Below, one piece after another: positions 48,686-57,251 of a stretch of 64,000 nt of DNA (its first letter is position 1; each line of letters begins with the position of its first letter). The notes under the pieces were generated by a model. That model saw only the letters and a list, made by a program, of their open reading frames with translations, did not search any database and had not been told where the DNA came from. Location: the IMG/VR virus record IMGVR_UViG_3300001460_000004, positions 166,037 through 230,036 of that record. The stretch is one strand, 5' to 3'. Both the position numbers and the translations under genes were made by a program.

Positions 48686-50046
48686 TCACTTACTTGATAA
48701 CTAATTTTACCTTTATCTGCACCGGCGCTGCTTTTGCTTCTTAATGCTACTTTACCGTCAACTTTTGCTGGCCAAAATGCTTTAACACTAAGCTGACCTT
48801 TTTTAATGTTACTGTAAATTTGCACAAAGTTAAATCCTAAGCTGGTTAAAATACATTCTCTAAAGTTTGGAATTGCTCCAGCGTTTACTACTTTCATAAC
48901 ATCACTAATAACACTCCAGAAAACTTTACCACCGTCGGTTGCATTGCCTTCTTTGACTTTAGGACTTAATCTTGCCATTGCAGCTTGCATTATATCATCA
49001 GGTATGTTAGCATCTTTGCCTTTCATACTTGTTTGTATAGCTTGCATGTCGCTTTCACTAAACGGAACTACGTTACGCCATGCTTCTGGTAATACATCAG
49101 GTTCGTTTTGTGCTATCCAGTTCATTAAATACATAGGTTGTGTAATACCAGTACCTTTTGTTTGTGCTACACGTATAAATTGATATGCTTCTGGATATTT
49201 ACGTGATAAGAAATCAGGCATCTTCAAACTAGTTAATGCAGGAGGCGCACCTTTGCCAGCTGCTTTACTACTAATAGCTAATGCATTACCAGTTTGGTTG
49301 TTTAGCAAACTGTAGCTGTCTGCAATTGGATTGTTTGATGCTTTAGGAAAGTATAACAACAAGCTACCAAGATCGGTTCCAACCCATTGTAAAAAAGCAT
49401 CTCGTTTATCAAAATCAGCAACACCTTTGATTACTGCTAGCACACCTAAAAATTCTGTAGCATAAAGTTCAATTGCTTTTATCTCTTCGTCACTCAACCC
49501 ATCTGGTAGTGTAGCTGTTTGCCCTTGATCCAATTGTTTGGCCATACTAATTATTGCTTCACCAACTTTACCAAGACTTTTCAACTGTTGATTACTTGCA
49601 AGTTTTTTGTACATATCATTGGCTCGAAACGCACCAGCCTGAAGCATAGTATCAACATTTCCGCCAACTTTATCAACATCAACATCAACTGTATCTGAAA
49701 ATACGTCACTAGGTTTAACTGCAATTTTTTGACGATCTAGACTACCAAATTCACTAGTCTTTTGCAACTGCGTATTAGTAACTATACCACCGTCATTTGT
49801 TTTTAATCGAATTATGCCAGTAGGTCCACTTTGTAACCATTTTTTTACATTTTCGGCTTCGCCAGGATCAACAATAACATCATTTCCATCAACATGTTTA
49901 AATGGTGCATTGTTAAGTACCTTAAACAGAAATAATTCTTGCCGAGTCAAGGGCTTTTTAGTCTTTGGATTAAACACAGCACTTAACTTATTTGACGGTA
50001 TTTGATTTGAAGCCAGATTAGCTTCTTTAAGATGTCTTATCTTCAT
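48682..50046 (-). CDS. Putative internal head protein with PD-(D/E)xK-like motif
   Basis: MKIRHLKE|A N-terminus; E...NPIADSY...ISSK; late box at 50087-50092. Confidence 0.5.
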   Translation of the reverse strand: MKIRHLKEANLASNQIPSNKLSAVFNPKTKKPLTRQELFLFKVLNNAPFKHVDGNDVIVDPGEAENVKKWLQSGPTGIIRLKTNDGGIVTNTQLQKTSEFGSLDRQKIAVKPSDVFSDTVDVDVDKVGGNVDTMLQAGAFRANDMYKKLASNQQLKSLGKVGEAIISMAKQLDQGQTATLPDGLSDEEIKAIELYATEFLGVLAVIKGVADFDKRDAFLQWVGTDLGSLLLYFPKASNNPIADSYSLLNNQTGNALAISSKAAGKGAPPALTSLKMPDFLSRKYPEAYQFIRVAQTKGTGITQPMYLMNWIAQNEPDVLPEAWRNVVPFSESDMQAIQTSMKGKDANIPDDIMQAAMARLSPKVKEGNATDGGKVFWSVISDVMKVVNAGAIPNFRECILTSLGFNFVQIYSNIKKGQLSVKAFWPAKVDGKVALRSKSSAGADKGKISYQVSD

Positions 50047-50086
50047 TTGTTATATCCTAGTATGCTTCAAATTACTTTGATGTACA

Positions 50087-50102
50087 TATTTACCAATAAA
50101 TA
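50087..50102. promoter_or_regulatory. Back-to-back late promoters (TATTTA-CCAA-TAAATA); the + box is 5 nt before ATG 50108
   Basis: Lies between divergent genes. Confidence 0.65.
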
Positions 50103-50107
50103 TCTGT

Positions 50108-51043
50108 ATGCATAGATTTGAAATTAAAGCATCTGGTGATAGATTTACTAATCCAACAGAGTTTACTAAATGGCTAAGTGAAGTTCCAGATGATGCCCGA
50201 TTAGTATTGGACATGCAAAGTGAGGCACCATGTTTAGAAATATTAGGTATTGTTGCACAAATAAAAGATAGAGATTTTATTGTGCTGAATTACCCCAATG
50301 CACATCGAGATTGTACATATCCTACTGTAGGAGAACACCATGTAAGTCATTTTTGGTGGCTTAGTGAAAGATATGATCGCGGTACATTTTCTTGGAACAA
50401 AAATTATGTATTTGGTTGTTTTATAGGTAGGAAAACACTAGCAAGATGTGTTATACTATATGAGATGCAAAATTATAGATGCATATCAAGTTTAATGGAC
50501 AAAGAACCTGGGCCCTGGATTGTTAAGCCAACAGGCACAGATTATGAAACTGTTGATGAATGGGATGCAAACTTAGATCAATTCTTTTACGGATTTGATT
50601 TTGATAGTATTAAAAGCATCGATGACCACGAAGTTCGAGACCAATATAATAGTAAATACAATACAAACAGAGATATACTTAATTGGTACCATGATTTTTT
50701 AGTTGAAGTGAGTGCGGAAACATACACTTTGGGTAAAACTTTTTTTGTTACTGAAAAAACAGTTAGACCATTATTGAGTGGCAAAGGTTTAATAATGTAT
50801 GCACCAATTGGGTATATGCAACATCTAAGAGATTTAGGATTGAAAACATTTGATACACTTTGGAACGAAGATTACGACAATTACCAAGGATCAGAAAGAT
50901 GGCATCGTATGCAACACTCGATAAATCAACTTGGAATGATGAGTCACAATCAATTGCATGATTTAGATGTTGAAATACAAAAAATAACTCAACATAACAG
51001 GACTGTAATTGCTAACATAATTGAAAAGAATAAACCACAATGA
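50108..51043 (+). CDS. Glycosyltransferase-like protein (GT10-like family)
   Basis: VSAETY...VTEKTVRPLL...GLKTF...NEDYD. Confidence 0.6.
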   Translation: MHRFEIKASGDRFTNPTEFTKWLSEVPDDARLVLDMQSEAPCLEILGIVAQIKDRDFIVLNYPNAHRDCTYPTVGEHHVSHFWWLSERYDRGTFSWNKNYVFGCFIGRKTLARCVILYEMQNYRCISSLMDKEPGPWIVKPTGTDYETVDEWDANLDQFFYGFDFDSIKSIDDHEVRDQYNSKYNTNRDILNWYHDFLVEVSAETYTLGKTFFVTEKTVRPLLSGKGLIMYAPIGYMQHLRDLGLKTFDTLWNEDYDNYQGSERWHRMQHSINQLGMMSHNQLHDLDVEIQKITQHNRTVIANIIEKNKPQ

Positions 51044-52002
51044 TACAACATGAATATAATGCTGGTTGGGGGAATGAATGGGCCACCAAACAGTTTGAAA
51101 ATGAATTGCTTGATAAATTGTATGTTCATCATAATGACGTAGCAGTTGTCAACAGTGTTTGGTACAACAAAGAGTATCATAAATCAGTGCTAGCTGATAT
51201 AAAACAAAAAAACTATAGTATGGTTGCTGTTAGTGCTATGTTAGATTACAGTATACCAGACCTAGACTGGTTTGACAGTTTAGATATACCTGTACATTTT
51301 GTAGGATATTATCCTGGTAAGCATATGATTGATTACTGGGCATTATTTATTAATCAATACTTTACAGAATATACTCGAGAAGATATAGTATCACCAATTA
51401 TTGACAGAGCGTTCATGTGCATGAACCGTAAACCACATTGGCATCGAAAACAACTTTTTGGTTGGTTACAACATTATGGCATAGTTGATGGTCAACTTGT
51501 TAGCATGGGAACAGATAACGGAGTTGCATTACATACATTACCTGATGACGATAATCAAAGTAACTTAGCACCCAATGGTGGAAAACAACAAAATGGAATT
51601 GGAAATGATATTGCAAGTTTAGGTAACTTGCACAACTGGCGTAGACACCTAGTTAATATTGTTTCTGAAACTGTTTACGATATTGAAAAACATCAGTTTG
51701 TAAGTGAAAAGATATACAAACCTATTATAGGATGTAAACCATTTTTGATTTATGCCAACGGTGCTAATAAATGGCTACACGACAGAGGGTTTGAAACATA
51801 TGAAAACGACTTTAAAGACTTGACTGATATAGATTTAAATGTAACTGCTAACATACCACCGTTCTTAAAAATACTTGATGCAGCAGGTCCAAATTATTGG
51901 CAAATGAAACACAAACAATTGCGAGAAAAAACTTTTCGCAATCAACAAAACTTCACTAACTATATACAACAACAGAAAATTATTTTAAACTCGGGATTTT
52001 AA
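51040..52002 (+). CDS. Glycosyltransferase-like protein (GT10-like family)
   Basis: IVSETV...VSEKIYKPIIGCKPF...GFETY. Confidence 0.55.
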   Translation: MIQHEYNAGWGNEWATKQFENELLDKLYVHHNDVAVVNSVWYNKEYHKSVLADIKQKNYSMVAVSAMLDYSIPDLDWFDSLDIPVHFVGYYPGKHMIDYWALFINQYFTEYTREDIVSPIIDRAFMCMNRKPHWHRKQLFGWLQHYGIVDGQLVSMGTDNGVALHTLPDDDNQSNLAPNGGKQQNGIGNDIASLGNLHNWRRHLVNIVSETVYDIEKHQFVSEKIYKPIIGCKPFLIYANGANKWLHDRGFETYENDFKDLTDIDLNVTANIPPFLKILDAAGPNYWQMKHKQLREKTFRNQQNFTNYIQQQKIILNSGF

Positions 52003-53145
52003 ATGTTTTTTAGCATTAGCAGAGTACATGATCAACGTTTTCCATACCACACACCTTTAGGAGATACTCGTTGGATATGTTCACATGATGAAGGCTGGCA
52101 AGTTTATAACTCTCCCTCTGCACCGCTGCGGAAAGGCTATGTTGTTGGCAATCACAAAAATGCTAATAGTTTAACAATTACTATACATAAAGATAAAGTT
52201 ATACTACAACATGAAAACATGCGTAGTTTTCCACTGTGGTGGTATCCTAAACGTGCAGTATTAACCAATTTAAGTATACTTGATGAATTTAATGTTGAAA
52301 CAATATTTGTTGATCAACAAGTAACCTTGCAAGGACTTAGTTTAAAATTACACAAAATAGATCCACTTGGTGATATAACTCATATTAAACCTAACAGCAA
52401 AACCATTACCCAGGTTGTTAATGAAACAAAGTCAATACTAACAGAAACATGCATTGATTTCTTTACACAATACAAAAACGTTAATTTATTTGTTACTGGT
52501 GGCATTGACACAATGTTATTGCAAAGTATAATTGATTCTTCAGGGTTGCATTGTAACACAATTGATCGTGAACATTTTGAGTATGACTTGTTTACTAACA
52601 AAAACATAGAACAGCTACAAGAACTTCACTGGGCATACAAGCAAATACATCATTGGCGTGGTCCAAACATATTAATGACTGGGGGGTGCGGAGATGAGTT
52701 TATGATGCGTGGCCCAAACATGGTTGGGTTGTATTGTGCATGGCATAACATTGACATACTTGATATTTTACGATTAACTAAAAACCAGTATCATAGTGTT
52801 TATTATCTTAAAGATAAAAATGTTCGTGTGTTTGATGATCTTTGGAAAAATCGATGGGAATGGCAAGATCGACTCCCTACATATAAAGACTTAGTTGAGT
52901 ATATTCTCAATTATAATGCTAACGATCACCAGCATTGGCACCTTGGTAATACCCTTACATTTACGCCGTTTAAAAATATTGATCTTACTAAATTATTGTT
53001 GCAACTGAGTCCAGAGCAGCTAACAACACAATTTACTGATGCAAATGTAAACAAACAAATAATATATAACTTATCACCTAATAGACTTAAAGAAGTAAGC
53101 GAGTTTAAAAATATTATGACCCGGGGCAATCTTGTGGTTAAATAA
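52003..53145 (+). CDS. Asparagine-synthetase-like (PP-loop) ATP-dependent ligase
   Basis: LFVTGGIDT (cf. SGGxDS) and LMTGGCGDE (cf. GxGADE); no N-terminal catalytic Cys. Confidence 0.55.
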   Translation: MFFSISRVHDQRFPYHTPLGDTRWICSHDEGWQVYNSPSAPLRKGYVVGNHKNANSLTITIHKDKVILQHENMRSFPLWWYPKRAVLTNLSILDEFNVETIFVDQQVTLQGLSLKLHKIDPLGDITHIKPNSKTITQVVNETKSILTETCIDFFTQYKNVNLFVTGGIDTMLLQSIIDSSGLHCNTIDREHFEYDLFTNKNIEQLQELHWAYKQIHHWRGPNILMTGGCGDEFMMRGPNMVGLYCAWHNIDILDILRLTKNQYHSVYYLKDKNVRVFDDLWKNRWEWQDRLPTYKDLVEYILNYNANDHQHWHLGNTLTFTPFKNIDLTKLLLQLSPEQLTTQFTDANVNKQIIYNLSPNRLKEVSEFKNIMTRGNLVVK

Positions 53146-53149
53146 TTAT

Positions 53150-53224
53150 CTGAAGCGTGGCAGAGTGGTTATGCACTTCTCTAGGGGAGAAGACTACGGA
53201 GGTTCGAATCCCCCCTTCAGACCA
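53150..53224 (+). tRNA. Atypical tRNA with AGG anticodon (Pro-type) and irregular acceptor/T-stem junction
   Basis: D-arm GCA/TGC with GG, anticodon stem CTTCT/AGAAG with loop CT-AGG-GG, GGTTCGAATCC T-loop, CTGAAG/CTTCAG acceptor pairing, encoded ACCA. Confidence 0.75.
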
Positions 53225-53238
53225 AACAGAGGAAAATA

Positions 53239-53943
53239 ATGAAACGTATTGGCTTTTATGGACACAGTGCTGCATGTTGGGCAAACTTCCCTATATATGA
53301 CCAAACTAGCTTTATTGATATGACTATTGAAAAAACTGGCTATAAACTGGTCAATAAAGGTGTTCCGCAAGGTTCACAAGAACGTATACTATTTGAATTA
53401 AAAAAAACTAAAAAGCTAGACTTTGCAATAATATTTCATAGTATCCCAAAGTTTGTTTTCTTGCCCACAGCAGATCGTGATGTAGACATAAATGATATTG
53501 ATCAACGAAAATGTACATACATGTGGAAAGAAAAACAAGAACGCAACGAACTTGAATCAATGCGAGATGATTATTTTAACTACGGTGGAATAAAGGAAGC
53601 ATTTGGAGATATCAAAAACTTTATTACTACGTTTGCAAGTTACAGGGAATATTTGCATCATCCAGATTTACAAATGAATAGATTTTTTGGTGCATTAGTG
53701 CAAATCGATCAGTACGTAACACATATGAAAATACCCACTATACACATTTACGGCACAAAGCATATACCAAATTGGTTTGAATTTAATAAAACAAGTTTGC
53801 AACGACCAGACATACACGAGCTATGTGAGCAACACTACCAAGGGGGTTATCCAAATAACATAAGTGCCGAAGGACAACATATTATTGCTGAAGAGTTGAT
53901 TAATCAACTTTACATACTTGACGAAGATCATCATTTAGATTAG
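53239..53943 (+). CDS. SGNH-like hypothetical protein
   Basis: FYGHSA, NKGVPQGS; SD GAGG. Confidence 0.5.
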   Translation: MKRIGFYGHSAACWANFPIYDQTSFIDMTIEKTGYKLVNKGVPQGSQERILFELKKTKKLDFAIIFHSIPKFVFLPTADRDVDINDIDQRKCTYMWKEKQERNELESMRDDYFNYGGIKEAFGDIKNFITTFASYREYLHHPDLQMNRFFGALVQIDQYVTHMKIPTIHIYGTKHIPNWFEFNKTSLQRPDIHELCEQHYQGGYPNNISAEGQHIIAEELINQLYILDEDHHLD

Positions 53944-53953
53944 GAGAAATTAA

Positions 53954-54307
53954 ATGGGAATTAAAGCAGGCAAAGTATGGGGAAACACAGAGTTAATCCA
54001 TGCTAATGGTGTATTAGAGTTTCACCGTATTGAGTTTAATGCAGGATATAAATGCAGTGAACATGAACATAAGTTTAAATGGAATGGGTTTTTTGTTGAA
54101 TCAGGAAAAATGATTGTTCGAGTTTGGCAAGATGATCAAGGATTGTTAGATGAAACTATTCTTGAAGCCGGAGACTTTACACAAGTAAAGCCTGGAAAAA
54201 TTCACCAGTTTGAAGGTTTAGAGGATGGTGTCGCTTTTGAACTATATTGGGCAGAATTTAATCACGATGACATTGTTCGTCGGACTAGCGGCACAGAGGT
54301 AAAATAA
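53954..54307 (+). CDS. Cupin (sugar-isomerase-like)
   Basis: CSEHEH, ESG, KPGKIHQF. Confidence 0.75.
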   Translation: MGIKAGKVWGNTELIHANGVLEFHRIEFNAGYKCSEHEHKFKWNGFFVESGKMIVRVWQDDQGLLDETILEAGDFTQVKPGKIHQFEGLEDGVAFELYWAEFNHDDIVRRTSGTEVK

Positions 54308-54642
54308 TGGGAGATCTTTTGCAAGGCGAAGCATTAATATATGAAAGAGTTGATAGTGTTGTATATGCTCGATATAGAGATCCCCCACATAACAAAATAC
54401 CTCGATGGATTATTGGTGGTGATGCAGATGGCATAGCACGTACAAAAGCTAAAGAACCATATCGTAAAATAGGTGATAACAATTGGCTAATAGAAGTGCA
54501 AGAAAATGGCAAAACCAAAGAACTGTTTATAGAATTCCCACCTGGGTGTTTAGATCAAGTTGGTTGGGATGTTGGCGATACTCTTATTTGGGAAGAATTG
54601 GATCACGGCGCCTGGAGTATTAAAAAAGCAGGGCAATTGTGA
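54307..54642 (+). CDS. Hypothetical protein with AbrB-like C-terminal half
   Basis: LFIEFP...QVGWDVGDTLIW. Confidence 0.55.
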   Translation: MGDLLQGEALIYERVDSVVYARYRDPPHNKIPRWIIGGDADGIARTKAKEPYRKIGDNNWLIEVQENGKTKELFIEFPPGCLDQVGWDVGDTLIWEELDHGAWSIKKAGQL

Positions 54643-54905
54643 AACGTATATTTAAAATCATATTATGGCCATTAATAATGTTTAAAAATATTTTAGATGC
54701 AGGTTGGTGGGCAGAAAAGATATGGACTAAAAATAATTTAGAAGAAAAAGTCCAAGGAAGTAGATTTAATAGATGGCAGAACAGTTTACCTCAACCATGG
54801 AGATTTATATTTAAAACATCTATGTTAGTAATATGTGTTTATCTAATTGAAATGTATTTTAATCTGGTAGATATGTCAATACTACCGTGGAGATGGGATT
54901 GGTAA
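54639..54905 (+). CDS. Small membrane protein
   Basis: GTGA overlap; hydrophobic C-terminus. Confidence 0.6.
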   Translation: MKRIFKIILWPLIMFKNILDAGWWAEKIWTKNNLEEKVQGSRFNRWQNSLPQPWRFIFKTSMLVICVYLIEMYFNLVDMSILPWRWDW

Positions 54906-55003
54906 TGGATCCTCAAAAGCGTATTGTATATTTGATGTTGGGTATTTGTATTGCTTTACATTTTATTATTATTCCAATATGGATGTGGAGTTTAGGACTG
55001 TGA
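54905..55003 (+). CDS. Small membrane peptide (32 aa; not in the ORF track)
   Basis: TAATG and GTGA coupling; MDPQKRIVYLMLGICIALHFIIIPIW. Confidence 0.4.
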   Translation: MDPQKRIVYLMLGICIALHFIIIPIWMWSLGL

Positions 55004-55173
55004 GTCTTGAACCTAAAGACACATGTAGTATATGCGATAGTCCTTATGACGAGGATGCAGGTGGCATACAAGGATATTTTGGTATAATGCCAGTTACATT
55101 TTGTGAATGGTGTTACAGTAGTATGTACGATATGATAGCACAAGATATAAAGGACAGTGAAGTCGATGAGTAA
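55000..55173 (+). CDS. Small Zn-ribbon protein
   Basis: CSIC...CEWC; GTG start coupled to the upstream stop. Confidence 0.6.
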   Translation: MSLEPKDTCSICDSPYDEDAGGIQGYFGIMPVTFCEWCYSSMYDMIAQDIKDSEVDE

Positions 55174-55199
55174 GTTAAATATTAAAGAAGAGATGAGAA

Positions 55200-55385
55200 A
55201 TGAAATATAAAAAAAATATGTACGATATAATTTATACACCAAGAATACACGACGAGGTTTCTGTTGCACGTTTCCATACTGAAACAGAAGCACAGAAATA
55301 TTTAGAAAAAATCAAAGAGGTACGCCCAAAGGCATATCTACATCACCGCATTGAAGAGGTGATAAACAAAGGAGAAACAGTATGA
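55200..55385 (+). CDS. Small hypothetical protein
   Basis: 61-aa ORF. Confidence 0.55.
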   Translation: MKYKKNMYDIIYTPRIHDEVSVARFHTETEAQKYLEKIKEVRPKAYLHHRIEEVINKGETV

Positions 55386-55507
55386 CATTTTTAGTATGGC
55401 ACTTGCTAGCTATAGGAACAGTAATGGCGTTGTCTTTTTTTGCTGGTTACAAATTTGCTAGACGTAAAGAAGATAAATACTACTTGAGTAAGATAAATAC
55501 TATTTAA
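55382..55507 (+). CDS. Small membrane peptide (41 aa; not in the ORF track)
   Basis: ATGA overlap, SD AAGGAG. Confidence 0.45.
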   Translation: MTFLVWHLLAIGTVMALSFFAGYKFARRKEDKYYLSKINTI

Positions 55508-55510
55508 GTA
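55471..55510 (+). repeat. Tandem 20-nt duplication, each unit carrying GATAAATA
   Basis: AGATAAATACTACTTGAGTA / AGATAAATACTATTTAAGTA (18/20 identical). Confidence 0.7.
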
Positions 55511-55551
55511 ACAGTGCAGTAATCGTTACTACATTTTCAAGAGGAAAATTT

Positions 55552-56841
55552 ATGAAATACATTACAGCAGCACTAGCAGCTTTATTCCCACTTGTCCTAT
55601 CAGCACAAACATACACTAGCGAAGTAGCAGATATCATCAACGATAACTGTGTAGTGTGTCATCGTGCAGGCGGCATTGGGCCAATGAGCTTTGAAACATA
55701 CGAGCAAGTAAGACCTTGGGCACCATTAATATCACTTAAAGTAATGAAAAGAGAAATGCCACCATATGCGTATGACCATGGCATTGGAATTCAAGACCTT
55801 CAAGGTGATTGGCGCTTATCACAAAAAGACATAGACGCAGTAGTTGAGTGGGTAGATAACGGAGCAAGTTATGGAGATCCAGACAAGGTAGTACAGCCAG
55901 CAAATTTACGTGATCCAGAAGCATGGAACTTTGAAGGAGACTTTGGCGCACCGGACACAATTATTGCAAGCGTAGCAATAGATATTCCTGCAAGCGGCAA
56001 CGACTTGTGGCATAAGCACAATGTTCCAACAGGACTAAGCGAAGACCGTTGCATTAAAGCAGTACAAGTTAAACCACGTGGCGATGCAAAATCAGTAGTA
56101 CATCATGCCAACTCAAGTATTATAACTGAGGGAGGCAGACAAGGTATGCTAACTGAGTATGCTATGGGAAAGTGGGGAGAGATAGTTCCAGAAGGAGTAT
56201 GCAGAACTATCCCAGCAAACGCAGAAGTAGCATGGGATATTCACATGTTCCCAGGTGGACTTGGAGCAATGGCACCAGGATCAGTTATTCGAGACAACGT
56301 GGTAGAGATTGGTCTTTGGTTATACACCGAAGAGGAAAGCCAAGAACTGAAATACAAACAAGATTTGAGTTTGTATCGCCTGGGCGATCAGGACGATATT
56401 ACTATCCCACCACACGGCTATTACATGACACAAGGCTTCCACAGTTTTGATCATCCAGTTAGACTAGATAGTTTTCAACCACACGGACACTTGCGTATGA
56501 ACGCAGCAAGTTTGGAAATATTCTATCCAGAGACAGGACGCACAGAACAGATTAGCCAAGTAAGTAATTGGAGTGCAACATGGCATCACAGTCATTTGTA
56601 TGACCCGGACGTTGCACCACTCCTACCAGCTGGAGCAGTTATTGTTCTAAAGCAATGGTATGACAACACAGCAGAAAATCCAAACAATCCAGATCCTGAT
56701 ATGTGGGTAATGGGCGGTTCACGTACAGGTGATGAAATGACCCATGCATGGCTTGCTATCACACACTTAGACGATGAAGGATACAACAAACTAAAGGAAG
56801 AAAGGAATGGCATATTCAAGCAAAGTATTGGATCATTATGA
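55552..56841 (+). CDS. Secreted c-type-heme / Cu type II monooxygenase (PHM-like)
   Basis: Signal peptide, CVVCH heme motif, VVHHA (CuH), PHGH and DEM (CuM). Confidence 0.75.
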   Translation: MKYITAALAALFPLVLSAQTYTSEVADIINDNCVVCHRAGGIGPMSFETYEQVRPWAPLISLKVMKREMPPYAYDHGIGIQDLQGDWRLSQKDIDAVVEWVDNGASYGDPDKVVQPANLRDPEAWNFEGDFGAPDTIIASVAIDIPASGNDLWHKHNVPTGLSEDRCIKAVQVKPRGDAKSVVHHANSSIITEGGRQGMLTEYAMGKWGEIVPEGVCRTIPANAEVAWDIHMFPGGLGAMAPGSVIRDNVVEIGLWLYTEEESQELKYKQDLSLYRLGDQDDITIPPHGYYMTQGFHSFDHPVRLDSFQPHGHLRMNAASLEIFYPETGRTEQISQVSNWSATWHHSHLYDPDVAPLLPAGAVIVLKQWYDNTAENPNNPDPDMWVMGGSRTGDEMTHAWLAITHLDDEGYNKLKEERNGIFKQSIGSL

Positions 56842-57181
56842 AAATCCAAGAAACGTAGGAAAATGGGATCCTGCAGATAATATTGGCACAGGTATGGTAG
56901 GAGCGCCTGCCTGTGGCGATGTTATGCGTCTACAAATTAAAGTAGAAGATAACATAATCACTGATGCTAAGTTTAAAACATATGGGTGTGGTAGTGCTAT
57001 TGCAAGTAGTAGCTTACTCACTGAATGGGTTAAAGGAATGACATTAGAAACAGCAGGTGAAATAAAGAATATAGATCTTGCAGAAGAACTTGCATTACCT
57101 CCAGTTAAGATACATTGCAGTGTATTAGCCGAAGATGCTATTAATGCTGCAATAAAAGATTATACGGATAAACAACAATAA
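56807..57181 (+). CDS. iscU: Fe-S scaffold protein IscU
   Basis: YSSKVLDHYENPRNVG, GAPACGD, GCGSAIASSS, LPPVKIHCS. Confidence 0.95.
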   Translation: MAYSSKVLDHYENPRNVGKWDPADNIGTGMVGAPACGDVMRLQIKVEDNIITDAKFKTYGCGSAIASSSLLTEWVKGMTLETAGEIKNIDLAEELALPPVKIHCSVLAEDAINAAIKDYTDKQQ

Positions 57182-57188
57182 ATAAAGG

Positions 57189-57250
57189 TTGCATGTACAC
57201 CAATTGTTTGTTATAATAAAGTATTACAAACTTGCAAACAAGGTGTACAT
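57189..57250 (+). promoter_or_regulatory. sigma70 promoter embedded in a 16-bp inverted repeat that sequesters the downstream SD
   Basis: TTGCAT-N17-TATAAT; ATGTACACC-AA-TTGTTTG ... CAAACAA-GGTGTACAT. Confidence 0.65.
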
Positions 57251-57251
57251 T

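Noticed and set aside
53181-53183. CTA in the tRNA loop read as an amber-suppressor anticodon (stop-codon recoding)
   Set aside because: The 5-bp stem places AGG at 34-36; the CTA register breaks the stem. Known genes are full-length under code 11, and TAG ends real genes such as uvsE, so there is no sign of recoding.
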